DNA of 64,000 bases. Origin: Bacteroidia bacterium (lineage in GTDB: Bacteria; Bacteroidota; Bacteroidia; Bacteroidales; GCA-2748055). How positions within the stretch are numbered: the stretch's first letter is position 1; each line of letters begins with the position of its first letter. The position numbers were made by a program, and so were the translations under genes. Positions 10,285 to 19,033 of the stretch are shown piece by piece. The DNA lies in assembly GCA_030639005.1 (NCBI GenBank), contig DAOWDN010000013.1, forward strand, positions 13,453-77,452. The letters run 5' to 3'. The notes beneath the pieces are model-generated. The model was not told where the DNA came from and made no database searches. It saw only the letters and a program-made list of their open reading frames with translations.

Positions 10285-11537
10285 GTGGAGGTCAGTTTCT
10301 GGAAATCGCCACCAGAGGGATTCTGGAATACGCGGAGGCCGAATTCGGGCATAATGGCCAGGATGTGGTCAAAAATATCGGCCTGGATTGCTTCATAACT
10401 GGCCCATGCCTGGTCGTTGCTGAAGACATAGATCTCTATGGGCAGCCCTTTGTCGGTAGGCTGAAGGTGCCTCACCAGGAAGGTCATATCCTTGTGAATT
10501 TTCGGATGGTTATGCAGGTACTCTTCCAGGTATTTCCGGAAGGTGCCCAGGTTGGTCATTTTCCGGCCATTGGTCACCGTTTCTTCATCCAGACGAAGGG
10601 AGTTGTTGAATTCTGCAAGCTCCTTCTCTTTCAGGTTGATGTACTCCTTCAGCAGGTGGAACTTCCTGAATTTCTCGATCTGATCACTATCGAGGAACCC
10701 CACACTGTTCATATCGATGTTGAGGGAACGCTTGATTCTTCGTCCGCCCGAATCCTCCATTCCTTTCCAGTTATTGAAAGATTCAGATACCAGGGCGTAG
10801 GTGGGGATGGTGGCAATGGTTTTGTCCCAGTTCTGTACCTTCACCGTATTCAGACTGATATCGATCACATCCCCGTCAGCATTGTATTTGGGCATGGAGA
10901 TCCAGTCGCCCACATTGACCATTTTGTTGGCCGAAAGCTGGATGCTGGCCACAAAGCCCAGGATGGTGTCCTTAAAGACCAGCATCAGGACCGCTGCCAT
11001 GGCTCCCAGGCCTGCGAGCAGGACACTCGGAGCCTTATCACTGAAGATGGAGATGATCATGATCACGGCCACAAAGTAGAATATGATCTTCACCACCTGT
11101 ACAAACCCTTTAATGTTCCTGCCCGAAGAAATAGGTAGTTTCTGGTAGATCTCATGCAGTGCATTTAGAAAGGCATCAATCACCATCAGGACCACGATGA
11201 CCATGTAGGCCTGGGCTAGGTTTCCCAGGAATTTGACCAGTGTGGCTGCATCGAAAAGGTATTGAAGGGAAGCAAAGACAATCCATGCCGGGGCCAGGTG
11301 GGCCAGGCGGTTAAATACTTTTCGCCTCACAAATACATCGTCCCAGTCGTTTTTTGACCGTTTAGCCATCTTTTTGATGGACCCAATGATGATTTTTCTC
11401 ACAATAAAATCGGCCAGGATAGCCAGTCCTATTGTGATTAAAATGATGCTTGCGTTTTCGATAAAAACCACCAGACCCTCCGACATACCAGTACCGGTCA
11501 GTAGTTCGTTGTACCATTCAATCCAGCGTTCAATCAT
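10281..11537 (-). CDS. Mechanosensitive ion channel (MscS) family protein
   Basis: N-terminal TM helices are followed by an MscS beta-domain-like block (NVGDWISMPKYNADGDVIDISLNTVKVQNWDKTIATIPTYALVSESFNNW). Confidence 0.85.
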   Translation of the reverse strand: MIERWIEWYNELLTGTGMSEGLVVFIENASIILITIGLAILADFIVRKIIIGSIKKMAKRSKNDWDDVFVRRKVFNRLAHLAPAWIVFASLQYLFDAATLVKFLGNLAQAYMVIVVLMVIDAFLNALHEIYQKLPISSGRNIKGFVQVVKIIFYFVAVIMIISIFSDKAPSVLLAGLGAMAAVLMLVFKDTILGFVASIQLSANKMVNVGDWISMPKYNADGDVIDISLNTVKVQNWDKTIATIPTYALVSESFNNWKGMEDSGGRRIKRSLNIDMNSVGFLDSDQIEKFRKFHLLKEYINLKEKELAEFNNSLRLDEETVTNGRKMTNLGTFRKYLEEYLHNHPKIHKDMTFLVRHLQPTDKGLPIEIYVFSNDQAWASYEAIQADIFDHILAIMPEFGLRVFQNPSGGDFQKLTST

Positions 11538-11633
11538 GATTTACCCGTTTAAAATTCTTATACTAAATTATCAATATTAAATCAGGAATACCTCTTAACT
11601 TGCGATGATTCAAACATCCTAACTAAATAAACT

Positions 11634-12926
11634 ATGAAATACCTTTTTGCAATTCTGATTTGTCTTTCACTTTCAGCCATCTCTCCGGCTCAGGATGCTT
11701 CCCTGCCCCAGGAATTAGACTCCTGGTTTTCAGAGGGTGTAATACGGTTGGATGTGATATTTTCAGGAAAAGCTGATGAAACTTCCTATGCTTTGTCAGG
11801 GGTAAAAAGAGAACAGCATTACAGCGGACCGCACAGCAAGCTGGTGGACCCGTTCGATTACGGCGATCATAAGTTCGTGGTCAGGGATGCGGTATCGGGA
11901 GCACCCATTTTCAGTTACAGTTACTGCACCCTCTACAGCGAGTGGCAGACCACCACCGAGGCTCAGAGTGTGAGAAGAGCCTACCCGCATGTACTTCGGT
12001 TTCCCTGGCCAAAGAGTGAGGTGACCGTGGAGATCCATGACCGCGACAAGGTGGGTGAGTTTCAAAAGAGCTGGTCGGTCCATATAGATCCTGCTTCCAT
12101 CTTTTGTGATCCGGGGAATCCGCTGGTATACGAAACTGTCGACCTGGAGATCCATGGTGATGCCTCGGAGAAGGTCGATATTTTGTTTGTGGCTGAAGGC
12201 TACACCGAAGCAGAGATGGAGAAGTTTCTGAAGGATGCCGAACGCTCGGCCGGCTATATTTTTTCGGAGGAACCCTTTAAAAGTCATAGAGAGGAGTTCA
12301 ACATCAGGGCGGTCAAATCGGCCAGCAGAGATTCAGGTACAGATATTCCCGGTGAAGGGATATGGAAAAATACAGTAGTAAATTCATCATTCTACACCTT
12401 TGGCATTGAGAGGTATATGACCACAATGGATTTCAAATCGGTCTGTGATGTGGCAGCCAATGCGCACTATGACCAGATATATATACTGGTAAATACAGAT
12501 AAATACGGTGGTGGAGGCATCTACAACCACTATAGCATTTCCGCTGCCGATAATGAGGCGTCACGTGCTGTGGTGATTCACGAATTCGGGCATGCCTTTG
12601 GGGGACTCGCCGATGAATATTTCAACTCTTCCGTGGCCTACAACGACTTTTTTCCCCTGGAGGTAGAGCCCTGGAACCCCAACCTGACCACCCTGGTCGA
12701 TTTTGACTCCAAGTGGAAGGATATGGTGGGGGAGGAGATCCCTGTTCCTACTCCCGGGGAGGCTAAATTCCAGGAGCTTGTGGGTGTTTACGAAGGTGGA
12801 GGATATGTGGCAAAAGGGGTATTCAGACCCATGATCGACTGCAGGATGCATACCAATGATGCGGTCTTCTGTCCGGTCTGTTCCAAAGCGCTGAAGAAGA
12901 TGATTGCCCATTCCACAGGAGAGTAA
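11634..12926 (+). CDS. Peptidase M64 (IgA-peptidase-like) family zinc metalloprotease, secreted
   Basis: Signal peptide present. The HEFGHAFGGLADEY zinc-binding block and the preceding YGGGGIYN block are typical of M64. Confidence 0.8.
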   Translation: MKYLFAILICLSLSAISPAQDASLPQELDSWFSEGVIRLDVIFSGKADETSYALSGVKREQHYSGPHSKLVDPFDYGDHKFVVRDAVSGAPIFSYSYCTLYSEWQTTTEAQSVRRAYPHVLRFPWPKSEVTVEIHDRDKVGEFQKSWSVHIDPASIFCDPGNPLVYETVDLEIHGDASEKVDILFVAEGYTEAEMEKFLKDAERSAGYIFSEEPFKSHREEFNIRAVKSASRDSGTDIPGEGIWKNTVVNSSFYTFGIERYMTTMDFKSVCDVAANAHYDQIYILVNTDKYGGGGIYNHYSISAADNEASRAVVIHEFGHAFGGLADEYFNSSVAYNDFFPLEVEPWNPNLTTLVDFDSKWKDMVGEEIPVPTPGEAKFQELVGVYEGGGYVAKGVFRPMIDCRMHTNDAVFCPVCSKALKKMIAHSTGE

Positions 12927-12974
12927 ACAATTCTTTTTTATTACTTAACCTAATTGGAGGAGTGACATAATTTT

Positions 12975-12982
12975 TATATTTG
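12975..12982 (+). promoter_or_regulatory. Candidate Bacteroidota -7 promoter box (TATATTTG = TAnnTTTG)
   Basis: Exact match to the TAnnTTTG consensus, 28 nt upstream of GTG 13010. It overlaps the TTG start (12980) proposed by the ORF track. Confidence 0.3.
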
Positions 12983-13009
12983 TCGTTCAGCAATTTGCAA
13001 CCCGTTCCA

Positions 13010-13588
13010 GTGAAAAGGCTGTTGGATGAAGATATATTAGCCGGACTCAGAAAACGAGACAATCGTGTTCTGCAGTACATCTATAAGAACAGCTATAACC
13101 CTGTGAGGCAGCTGGTACTTCATAATGCTGGTTCCGAGAGCGATGCCGAGGATATCTTCCAGGAAGCTCTGATCGTGATTTTCAAGAAGTTAAAGGACGA
13201 GCAGGATTTTGAACTCAATGCGGCCTTCTCCACCTATCTCTACTCCATTGCCCGCTTGCTCTGGCTGAAACATCTGCGCAATATTAAGAAGATTGAGATC
13301 GATCCGTTGAACAGAGACATGGAGGAACGGATCGAGTTTGAAGAGCCGTCGCCGGTGCAGGACAAGGACCTGCGAATGGCCATCTACCAGCGTACACTGT
13401 TGAAAATTCCGGAGGACTGCCAGAAAATACTCCAGCTTACCGCTCAGGATCTCACCTCCTCAGAAATTGCAGAACAACTGGGATTCCGAAGCGAGGGTTA
13501 TGTTCGCAAGCGCCGTCATTTCTGCAAGGAGTACCTGATCAACAAGGTCAAGGAGGATCCCGACTACCAGGCCATGTTTATCGATTAA
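13010..13588 (+). CDS. Sigma-70 family RNA polymerase sigma factor (regions 2 and 4 only)
   Basis: Region 2-like DAEDIFQEALIVIFKKL...YLYSIARLLWLKHLR and region 4 HTH SSEIAEQLGFRSEGYVRKRRHFCKEYL. The ORF is open from TTG 12980. GTG 13010 (MKRLLDEDILAGLRKRD) is preferred because of the promoter box. No anti-sigma gene is adjacent. Confidence 0.7.
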   Translation: MKRLLDEDILAGLRKRDNRVLQYIYKNSYNPVRQLVLHNAGSESDAEDIFQEALIVIFKKLKDEQDFELNAAFSTYLYSIARLLWLKHLRNIKKIEIDPLNRDMEERIEFEEPSPVQDKDLRMAIYQRTLLKIPEDCQKILQLTAQDLTSSEIAEQLGFRSEGYVRKRRHFCKEYLINKVKEDPDYQAMFID

Positions 13589-13605
13589 GAGAAAATACAT
13601 CATAT

Positions 13606-15030
13606 TCAATCCAGAGTAACTTTATATTCCGGATTTAGAGAGGGCATCTGTGCATTGTTCTCTATCCGCCATGATTGCAGCTTCTGGCGCAGCTCTTCGG
13701 CTTTGCCGGAAAGCTCAGAAGCCAGATTGTGCGATTCGCTCAAGTCCTCTTTCAGGTTATACAGCTCCACCTCACCCGTCTCAAAGTACTCGATCAGTTT
13801 ATAATCTCCCTCCCTGATTACCCCTCCGGGCATCCCTATGTGATAATGGGGGTAGTGCCAGTAAAGGGTTTCGCGATCAATGGTTTCAGAATGTAAGAGG
13901 TGGGACAGCAAACAGGTACCCTCAATTTCATGATTGATGCTTACTCCGGCCACCTCAGCAAGGGTGGGATATAGGTCTGTACTGATAATGATCTCCCCGG
14001 ATGTGCGGTTCCCATCAATGCTTCCTGGCCACCAGATAATGGCAGGGATCCTCAGGCCGCCCTCATAAAGAGTCCCCTTACCCTCGCGAAGGGGGTGGTT
14101 CCATGAGGCTCTGATATATCGCATATCCTGTTTGCCCCTCAGAAGAAGGCCTCCGTTATCGGAAGTAAATACCACCAGGGTATTTTCCGACAGGTCATTT
14201 TCTTCCAGGAACTGAATGATCCGGCCCACATTCTCATCCACCGCTTCGGTCATGGCCAGGAAATGGGGATTTCTGAGGATGGAATCGTTCCGATGAGGGG
14301 CCAGTTTCGCTTCATATTTTTTAACCAGGTCGGGCCTGCCCTCCAGGGGGGTATGCACATTGTAGAACGGGAGGTAGAGAAAGAAAGGTTCCTCCCTTTC
14401 CTCACCCATAAACCGGATCGCTTCATTGGTGAGCCGGTCGGTAAGGTAGAGACTGTCGCCTGTGAGTTTCAAGGGGGTAATGGTGTCGATGCGACCCTCC
14501 CGGGTATAGGGATAGTAGTAGGAGGGGGGACTTCCCTTTCGGTATCCGGCCACATTCAGATCAAATCCCTGTTCGGTGGGCAAATATCCCTCTCCACCCA
14601 GGTGCCATTTACCAATGGACGCCGTTACATAACCCGCTTCTGACAGTTTTTCGGCAAGGGTGATCTCCTCCAGGGGCAATTGCTGATTGAACCGGGGGAC
14701 CACGAACTTCTCATTGGGCCGGGGACCATCCCGGTAATCCTGGTTGCCCGGAATCCAGTCGGTGATATTTACCACCACCGGATTTTTCCCGGTCATCAGT
14801 GAGGCCCTTGTGGGGGAGCAGACCGTGCAGGAGGCATAGGCCGTGGTGAAAAGGATTCCTTCAGAGGCCAACCGATCAATATTGGGGGTCTCCACCAGTT
14901 TGTTTCCATAACAGTGCAGGTCGGAATACCCCAGGTCGTCCACCACGATCAGGAGGATGTTAGGTGGATCCTGGTTCTGGCTGCATGAACAGAGGGAAAT
15001 GATCAAAGAAAAAACTAGTAGAATACGCAT
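13606..15030 (-). CDS. Sulfatase (arylsulfatase A family), secreted
   Basis: Signal or lipoprotein N-terminus. The formylglycine motif is CSPTRASLMTG inside CTVCSPTRASLMTGK, with IVVDDLGYSD near the N-terminus. Confidence 0.9.
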   Translation of the reverse strand: MRILLVFSLIISLCSCSQNQDPPNILLIVVDDLGYSDLHCYGNKLVETPNIDRLASEGILFTTAYASCTVCSPTRASLMTGKNPVVVNITDWIPGNQDYRDGPRPNEKFVVPRFNQQLPLEEITLAEKLSEAGYVTASIGKWHLGGEGYLPTEQGFDLNVAGYRKGSPPSYYYPYTREGRIDTITPLKLTGDSLYLTDRLTNEAIRFMGEEREEPFFLYLPFYNVHTPLEGRPDLVKKYEAKLAPHRNDSILRNPHFLAMTEAVDENVGRIIQFLEENDLSENTLVVFTSDNGGLLLRGKQDMRYIRASWNHPLREGKGTLYEGGLRIPAIIWWPGSIDGNRTSGEIIISTDLYPTLAEVAGVSINHEIEGTCLLSHLLHSETIDRETLYWHYPHYHIGMPGGVIREGDYKLIEYFETGEVELYNLKEDLSESHNLASELSGKAEELRQKLQSWRIENNAQMPSLNPEYKVTLD

Positions 15031-15111
15031 GGCATATTGGTTAAAGTTACTAACCAGATTAAGTTAGTAATATTCAGCTATCCAGCCATTCAAACTGAAG
15101 GAAATCAGCAC

Positions 15112-17514
15112 CTATTCATACCTCAGGCTGTCGGCCGGATTGATCCGGGATGCACGGAAAGTGTGGTAGAGCATGCTTCCATAAGCAATGGCCATGGTGA
15201 TTCCAAAGGCTGCCAGATAGGGCCAGATTGAAAATTCGGCCTTGTAAGGGAACGACTGGAGCCATTGCCGATTCACAAAGTACACAGCGGGCCACGAAAC
15301 CAGGTTGGCGATGACAACCAGGTGGATGAACTCTTTAGAAAACAGTTTTGAGATGGATACAAAATTGGCACCCAGGACCTTTCGTAGTCCCACTTCACGG
15401 GTCCTTAAGGAAGTGGTATAGGCAATCAGTCCATACAATCCGAGAGCTGCAATGATATTTACCAGGAAGGCTATATAGAGAATGATCTTTGACATAAGCC
15501 GCTCCTCCTCATACATGTCGTTGTGATATTCATCCACAAACTCATAGTCAAAGGCCTGATCGGGGAAGATGGCCAGGAACTCTTCCTGGATATAATCCCT
15601 GATGCCCGAAACATCAGAAGCGTTAAAACGAACCGATAAGCTTTGCCCGGTCTGCGCTTCATTATATAGCCTGAGCATCAACGGGGTGATGGTGTTGTGG
15701 ACCGACAGGAAATGAAAATCATCAATGATGCCCACAATGGTGGCCTGGTCCCCTACAATTCCCCCCCGGTAATCTCCGCTATAGCGCAACTTTTTTCCAA
15801 TGGGATCTTCCATTCCTATCCTTGCAAGGGCAGCTTGGTTCAGGATTACCCGGTTGCCTGCAGCTTCAGTTCCTTGTTGCTTACCGGTAAACCCTGTCCC
15901 TTCGGCCAGCCTCATCTGGTAAATGTCCAGGTAGTGGTGATCTGTATAGTTCACATTCATTCTGATAAATTCATCTTCCTGTGCCCCATCCCAGGATACT
16001 CTGGTCCAGTTGGTCGATTCACACACAGGGTAATCGTGGACTGTGGATTCGACAATGCCAGTGTGACCGTAAAGGATCTCTTGCAAACGTTCAATTTTTA
16101 CCATGGAGGTATCGGCGAATTCCACCCTGAGCACTCCTTCGGGATTGTATCCAAGGTCCTTATTCATCATAAAGTTAGCCTGCCTGAGCACCCCGAACAT
16201 TCCTATAATTAGCGCGGTGGAAATGAAAAACTGGATCCCGATAAGTGTTTTTCTAAGCATTGGATTTTTGTTTCCCCTGGAAATCTGCTGATGCAGGAAC
16301 TCGCTCGGTTGGGACCTGGAGATAAGCCATGCAGGGTAAGCCCCTGAAAGCAAGCCAGTGAGCAATCCTGCTCCCAGGATAAGCAACAACAGGGGATAAT
16401 TGGACAGGTACTGGAAATCGAGCGACCGGTTTACAAGTTTATTAAACAGGGGAAGGAATGATTCAAAGAGTACAAATCCAATAAGGATGGCCAGCAGGGT
16501 CATCACCAGTGATTCTGACAGGTACTGGATGAGGAGGATTCGCTTGCTGGCTCCGTTCATTTTCCGGAGACATACCTCGCTGGCCCGGACCGTGGTATAA
16601 GCAATGGCCAGATTGGTGAAATTGATCCCTGCCATAAACAGAATGAAAATGGCCAGGGTCATCAGAATGTATAAATTCCGGATAGATGACCTGACAGCAT
16701 AATCACTGGCTGCGTCTGAGTAGAGATGGATATCCAGCAAAGGACGGGCATAAAGTTCATTGCGTGTATCCTCCTGAAAGTGTTTGTTCAAGAGGTGTTT
16801 GATCTTCTTGTTGAACTCATCAATGTTATGTCCCTCCTCGAGCATAACATAGCATCTCACCCAGTTGTTCCACCAGGAGGTAAATATGTTCTGTCCGTTA
16901 CCATATAAATAATTCAGTGTTTCTACAGATATAAGCGCGTCAAAATCGATGTGCGAGTTTTCCGGCACATCCTCAAGTACGGCAGTTATTTTCATAAGGG
17001 TGCCATTCGCATCATAGGATTTTCCAAGCACATCGGAAGTTCCATAAAGCTTCCTGGCAGTACTTTCGGTCAGGACCATGTTCATGGGCTCCCTGAGAGC
17101 TGTTTCGGGATCTCCGTGCATAAGTGGAAAGCTGAATGAAGTGAGGAAATTGTGCTCCACGAAAAGCAGGTTGCTGACAAAAGGATTCCCTTCCTCAGGG
17201 ATCAGTTCCACCTCTTGCTCCACAAAACGCATGGATGCCTCCACTTCTGGAAAATCATTTTCTAAAACCTGCCATAGAGGTTCAGGGGTACCCACCATTT
17301 TTTCCATCCGGTTTCCTTCATCCATGATCTGCTCAATGCGGTAAATTCTATCGGCATTCTCATGAAACTTATCAAAGCTAAATTCGAACTGGATGTATAA
17401 GGCCAGTGCAATGAATACTGAGATGCCCAGGGCCAGTCCAAGAGTGTTAACCAGGGAGAATGATCTGTGACGTACCAGTACCCGGAATGAGGACTTAATG
17501 AAGCTTCTCCACAT
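15112..17514 (-). CDS. FtsX-like ABC transporter permease (MacB-type, two FtsX domains)
   Basis: About 800 aa with an N-terminal TM, a large periplasmic domain, 3 TM, a second periplasmic domain and 3 TM. The ORF is open to ATG 17547, but that codon lies inside a sigma-54 promoter match. ATG 17514 (MWRSFIKSSFRVLVRH) is the family-typical N-terminus. Confidence 0.8.
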   Translation of the reverse strand: MWRSFIKSSFRVLVRHRSFSLVNTLGLALGISVFIALALYIQFEFSFDKFHENADRIYRIEQIMDEGNRMEKMVGTPEPLWQVLENDFPEVEASMRFVEQEVELIPEEGNPFVSNLLFVEHNFLTSFSFPLMHGDPETALREPMNMVLTESTARKLYGTSDVLGKSYDANGTLMKITAVLEDVPENSHIDFDALISVETLNYLYGNGQNIFTSWWNNWVRCYVMLEEGHNIDEFNKKIKHLLNKHFQEDTRNELYARPLLDIHLYSDAASDYAVRSSIRNLYILMTLAIFILFMAGINFTNLAIAYTTVRASEVCLRKMNGASKRILLIQYLSESLVMTLLAILIGFVLFESFLPLFNKLVNRSLDFQYLSNYPLLLLILGAGLLTGLLSGAYPAWLISRSQPSEFLHQQISRGNKNPMLRKTLIGIQFFISTALIIGMFGVLRQANFMMNKDLGYNPEGVLRVEFADTSMVKIERLQEILYGHTGIVESTVHDYPVCESTNWTRVSWDGAQEDEFIRMNVNYTDHHYLDIYQMRLAEGTGFTGKQQGTEAAGNRVILNQAALARIGMEDPIGKKLRYSGDYRGGIVGDQATIVGIIDDFHFLSVHNTITPLMLRLYNEAQTGQSLSVRFNASDVSGIRDYIQEEFLAIFPDQAFDYEFVDEYHNDMYEEERLMSKIILYIAFLVNIIAALGLYGLIAYTTSLRTREVGLRKVLGANFVSISKLFSKEFIHLVVIANLVSWPAVYFVNRQWLQSFPYKAEFSIWPYLAAFGITMAIAYGSMLYHTFRASRINPADSLRYE

Positions 17515-17535
17515 GATAGTTGTTTTCAAGGAGAA

Positions 17536-17551
17536 AGCAATTGGCATGCCA
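17536..17551 (-). promoter_or_regulatory. Sigma-54 (-24/-12) promoter candidate for the FtsX permease gene
   Basis: The minus strand reads TGGCATGCCAATTGCT, i.e. TGGCAT-N5-TTGC. This is one mismatch from TGGCAC-N5-TTGC, and the GG and GC are correctly spaced. A sigma-54-dependent activator gene lies divergently about 130 nt away. Confidence 0.55.
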
Positions 17552-17610
17552 ACATTGTTATAATCAGATAATCAGTAATGTATGACTATTCCGTCTTGAA
17601 AATATTTGTA

Positions 17611-17643
17611 TATTTGTTTCATAATTGAACATTATTTGTTTCA
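17611..17643. promoter_or_regulatory. Two 11-bp direct repeats (TATTTGTTTCA) spaced 22 bp start-to-start; candidate activator sites or promoter boxes
   Basis: Exact copies at 17611-17621 and 17633-17643, lying 60-95 bp upstream of the sigma-54 -24 element. The first overlaps a TATATTTG (TAnnTTTG) box at 17609-17616 that could instead drive the divergent regulator gene. Confidence 0.35.
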
Positions 17644-17677
17644 AAAGCGAACAAAGCAGTTTCAATCATAGGACTTT

Positions 17678-19033
17678 ATGCTGGGCGATTTATTGATAAT
17701 CGACGATGATAATGCAGTGCTGGAATCGTTGGAATTGCTTCTCCGGAGCGAATCAAAGGGTGTGGTAACCCTGTCGGATCCCAAAAGGTTGAATGCGGTA
17801 CTGGAGAGCCAATCTTTCGACTCTGTATTGCTCGATATGAATTTTACTGCGGGGCGAAATACCGGGAATGAAGGCATTTTCTGGCTGAGGGAGATACTGA
17901 AGTCAGATCCGGATCTATCGGTGATTATGATCACTGCTTACGGAGATGTGGACCTGGCGGTGAAAGCTATGAAGATAGGCGCTTTTGATTATGTTCAGAA
18001 ACCATGGAAGAGTGAAAAGCTGATTTCTTCTCTGAATGCGGCCTGCCGGCTTACCTCTTCCAGAAGAAAGGTGAAGCAGCTGGAAGTCAGGAAAGAAGTG
18101 CTCCAGGAGGATGCTGCTAGACAGTACCCCGGGATTATTGGTCAGTCACTCCGGATCCGGGAGGTGCATCAGACCATTAGCAAAGTCGCAAAAACAGATA
18201 CCACTGTGCTGATCCAGGGAGAGAATGGAACAGGAAAGGAATTGATTGCCTGGGAAATTCACAGGCAGTCAATTCGAAAAGGCCAGCTATTTGTTACCGT
18301 TGATCTGGGTTCCTTAAGTGCTACTCTGTTTGAAAGTGAGCTGTTCGGTCATAAAAAGGGAGCCTTCACCGATGCAAAGAATGACCGTACAGGACGGTTT
18401 GAGGCAGCCAGCGGGGGTACACTTTTCCTGGACGAGATCGGGAATGTACCTCTGCATCTTCAACCCAAACTTCTCTCGGTACTGCAGAAGGGGGAAATTG
18501 TCCCGGTAGGATCGCATAAAGCGGTTCCAGTGGATGTGCGGATTGTTTCGGCCACGAACCAGGATATTGAACAGATGGTAAACAAAGGGCTTTTCAGAGA
18601 GGATCTGTTCTACAGGATCAATACCATCAGGATCGAGTCTCCTGCACTTAGAGACAGGGGGGAGGACATTGGAGTGCTGGCCGGGCATTTCCTCGAGAGC
18701 TTCAGTAGGAAATACGGGAAACACAATTTACGCCTGAGTAACAAGGCACTTGAAAAACTCTACCGGCATCCATGGCCGGGCAACATCCGGGAACTACAAC
18801 ATGCCATGGAGAATGTGGTAATCATGTCTGAGACAGATACCATTCAACCCGAAGAGATTACCCTTTCCAATCACATGCGCATCGACGAATCGAGCCTGAA
18901 CCTGGAGCATGTTGAACGAAACACCATTCGTAAGGCCCTTACGAAATACAGTGGAAATTATGCAAGCATTGCTTCTGAACTCGGAATCTCCCGCACCACT
19001 TTGTACCATAAAATAAGGAAATATGGTTTATAA
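17678..19033 (+). CDS. Sigma-54-dependent response regulator (NtrC family: REC + AAA+ + Fis-type HTH)
   Basis: REC domain (LLIIDDDNAV, LLDMNF, KPW). AAA+ Walker A is GENGTGKE, and the sigma-54 contact loop is GAFTDA (GAFTGA variant). C-terminal HTH is ASELGISRTTLYHKIRKYG. Confidence 0.9.
   Translation: MLGDLLIIDDDNAVLESLELLLRSESKGVVTLSDPKRLNAVLESQSFDSVLLDMNFTAGRNTGNEGIFWLREILKSDPDLSVIMITAYGDVDLAVKAMKIGAFDYVQKPWKSEKLISSLNAACRLTSSRRKVKQLEVRKEVLQEDAARQYPGIIGQSLRIREVHQTISKVAKTDTTVLIQGENGTGKELIAWEIHRQSIRKGQLFVTVDLGSLSATLFESELFGHKKGAFTDAKNDRTGRFEAASGGTLFLDEIGNVPLHLQPKLLSVLQKGEIVPVGSHKAVPVDVRIVSATNQDIEQMVNKGLFREDLFYRINTIRIESPALRDRGEDIGVLAGHFLESFSRKYGKHNLRLSNKALEKLYRHPWPGNIRELQHAMENVVIMSETDTIQPEEITLSNHMRIDESSLNLEHVERNTIRKALTKYSGNYASIASELGISRTTLYHKIRKYGL

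Noticed and set aside
17541-17552. The perfect 12-bp palindrome TTGGCATGCCAA, considered as an independent operator site.
   Set aside because: It is fully explained as the -24 element of the sigma-54 promoter match (TGGCATGCCAA is self-complementary). It is kept as part of that feature rather than as a separate site.
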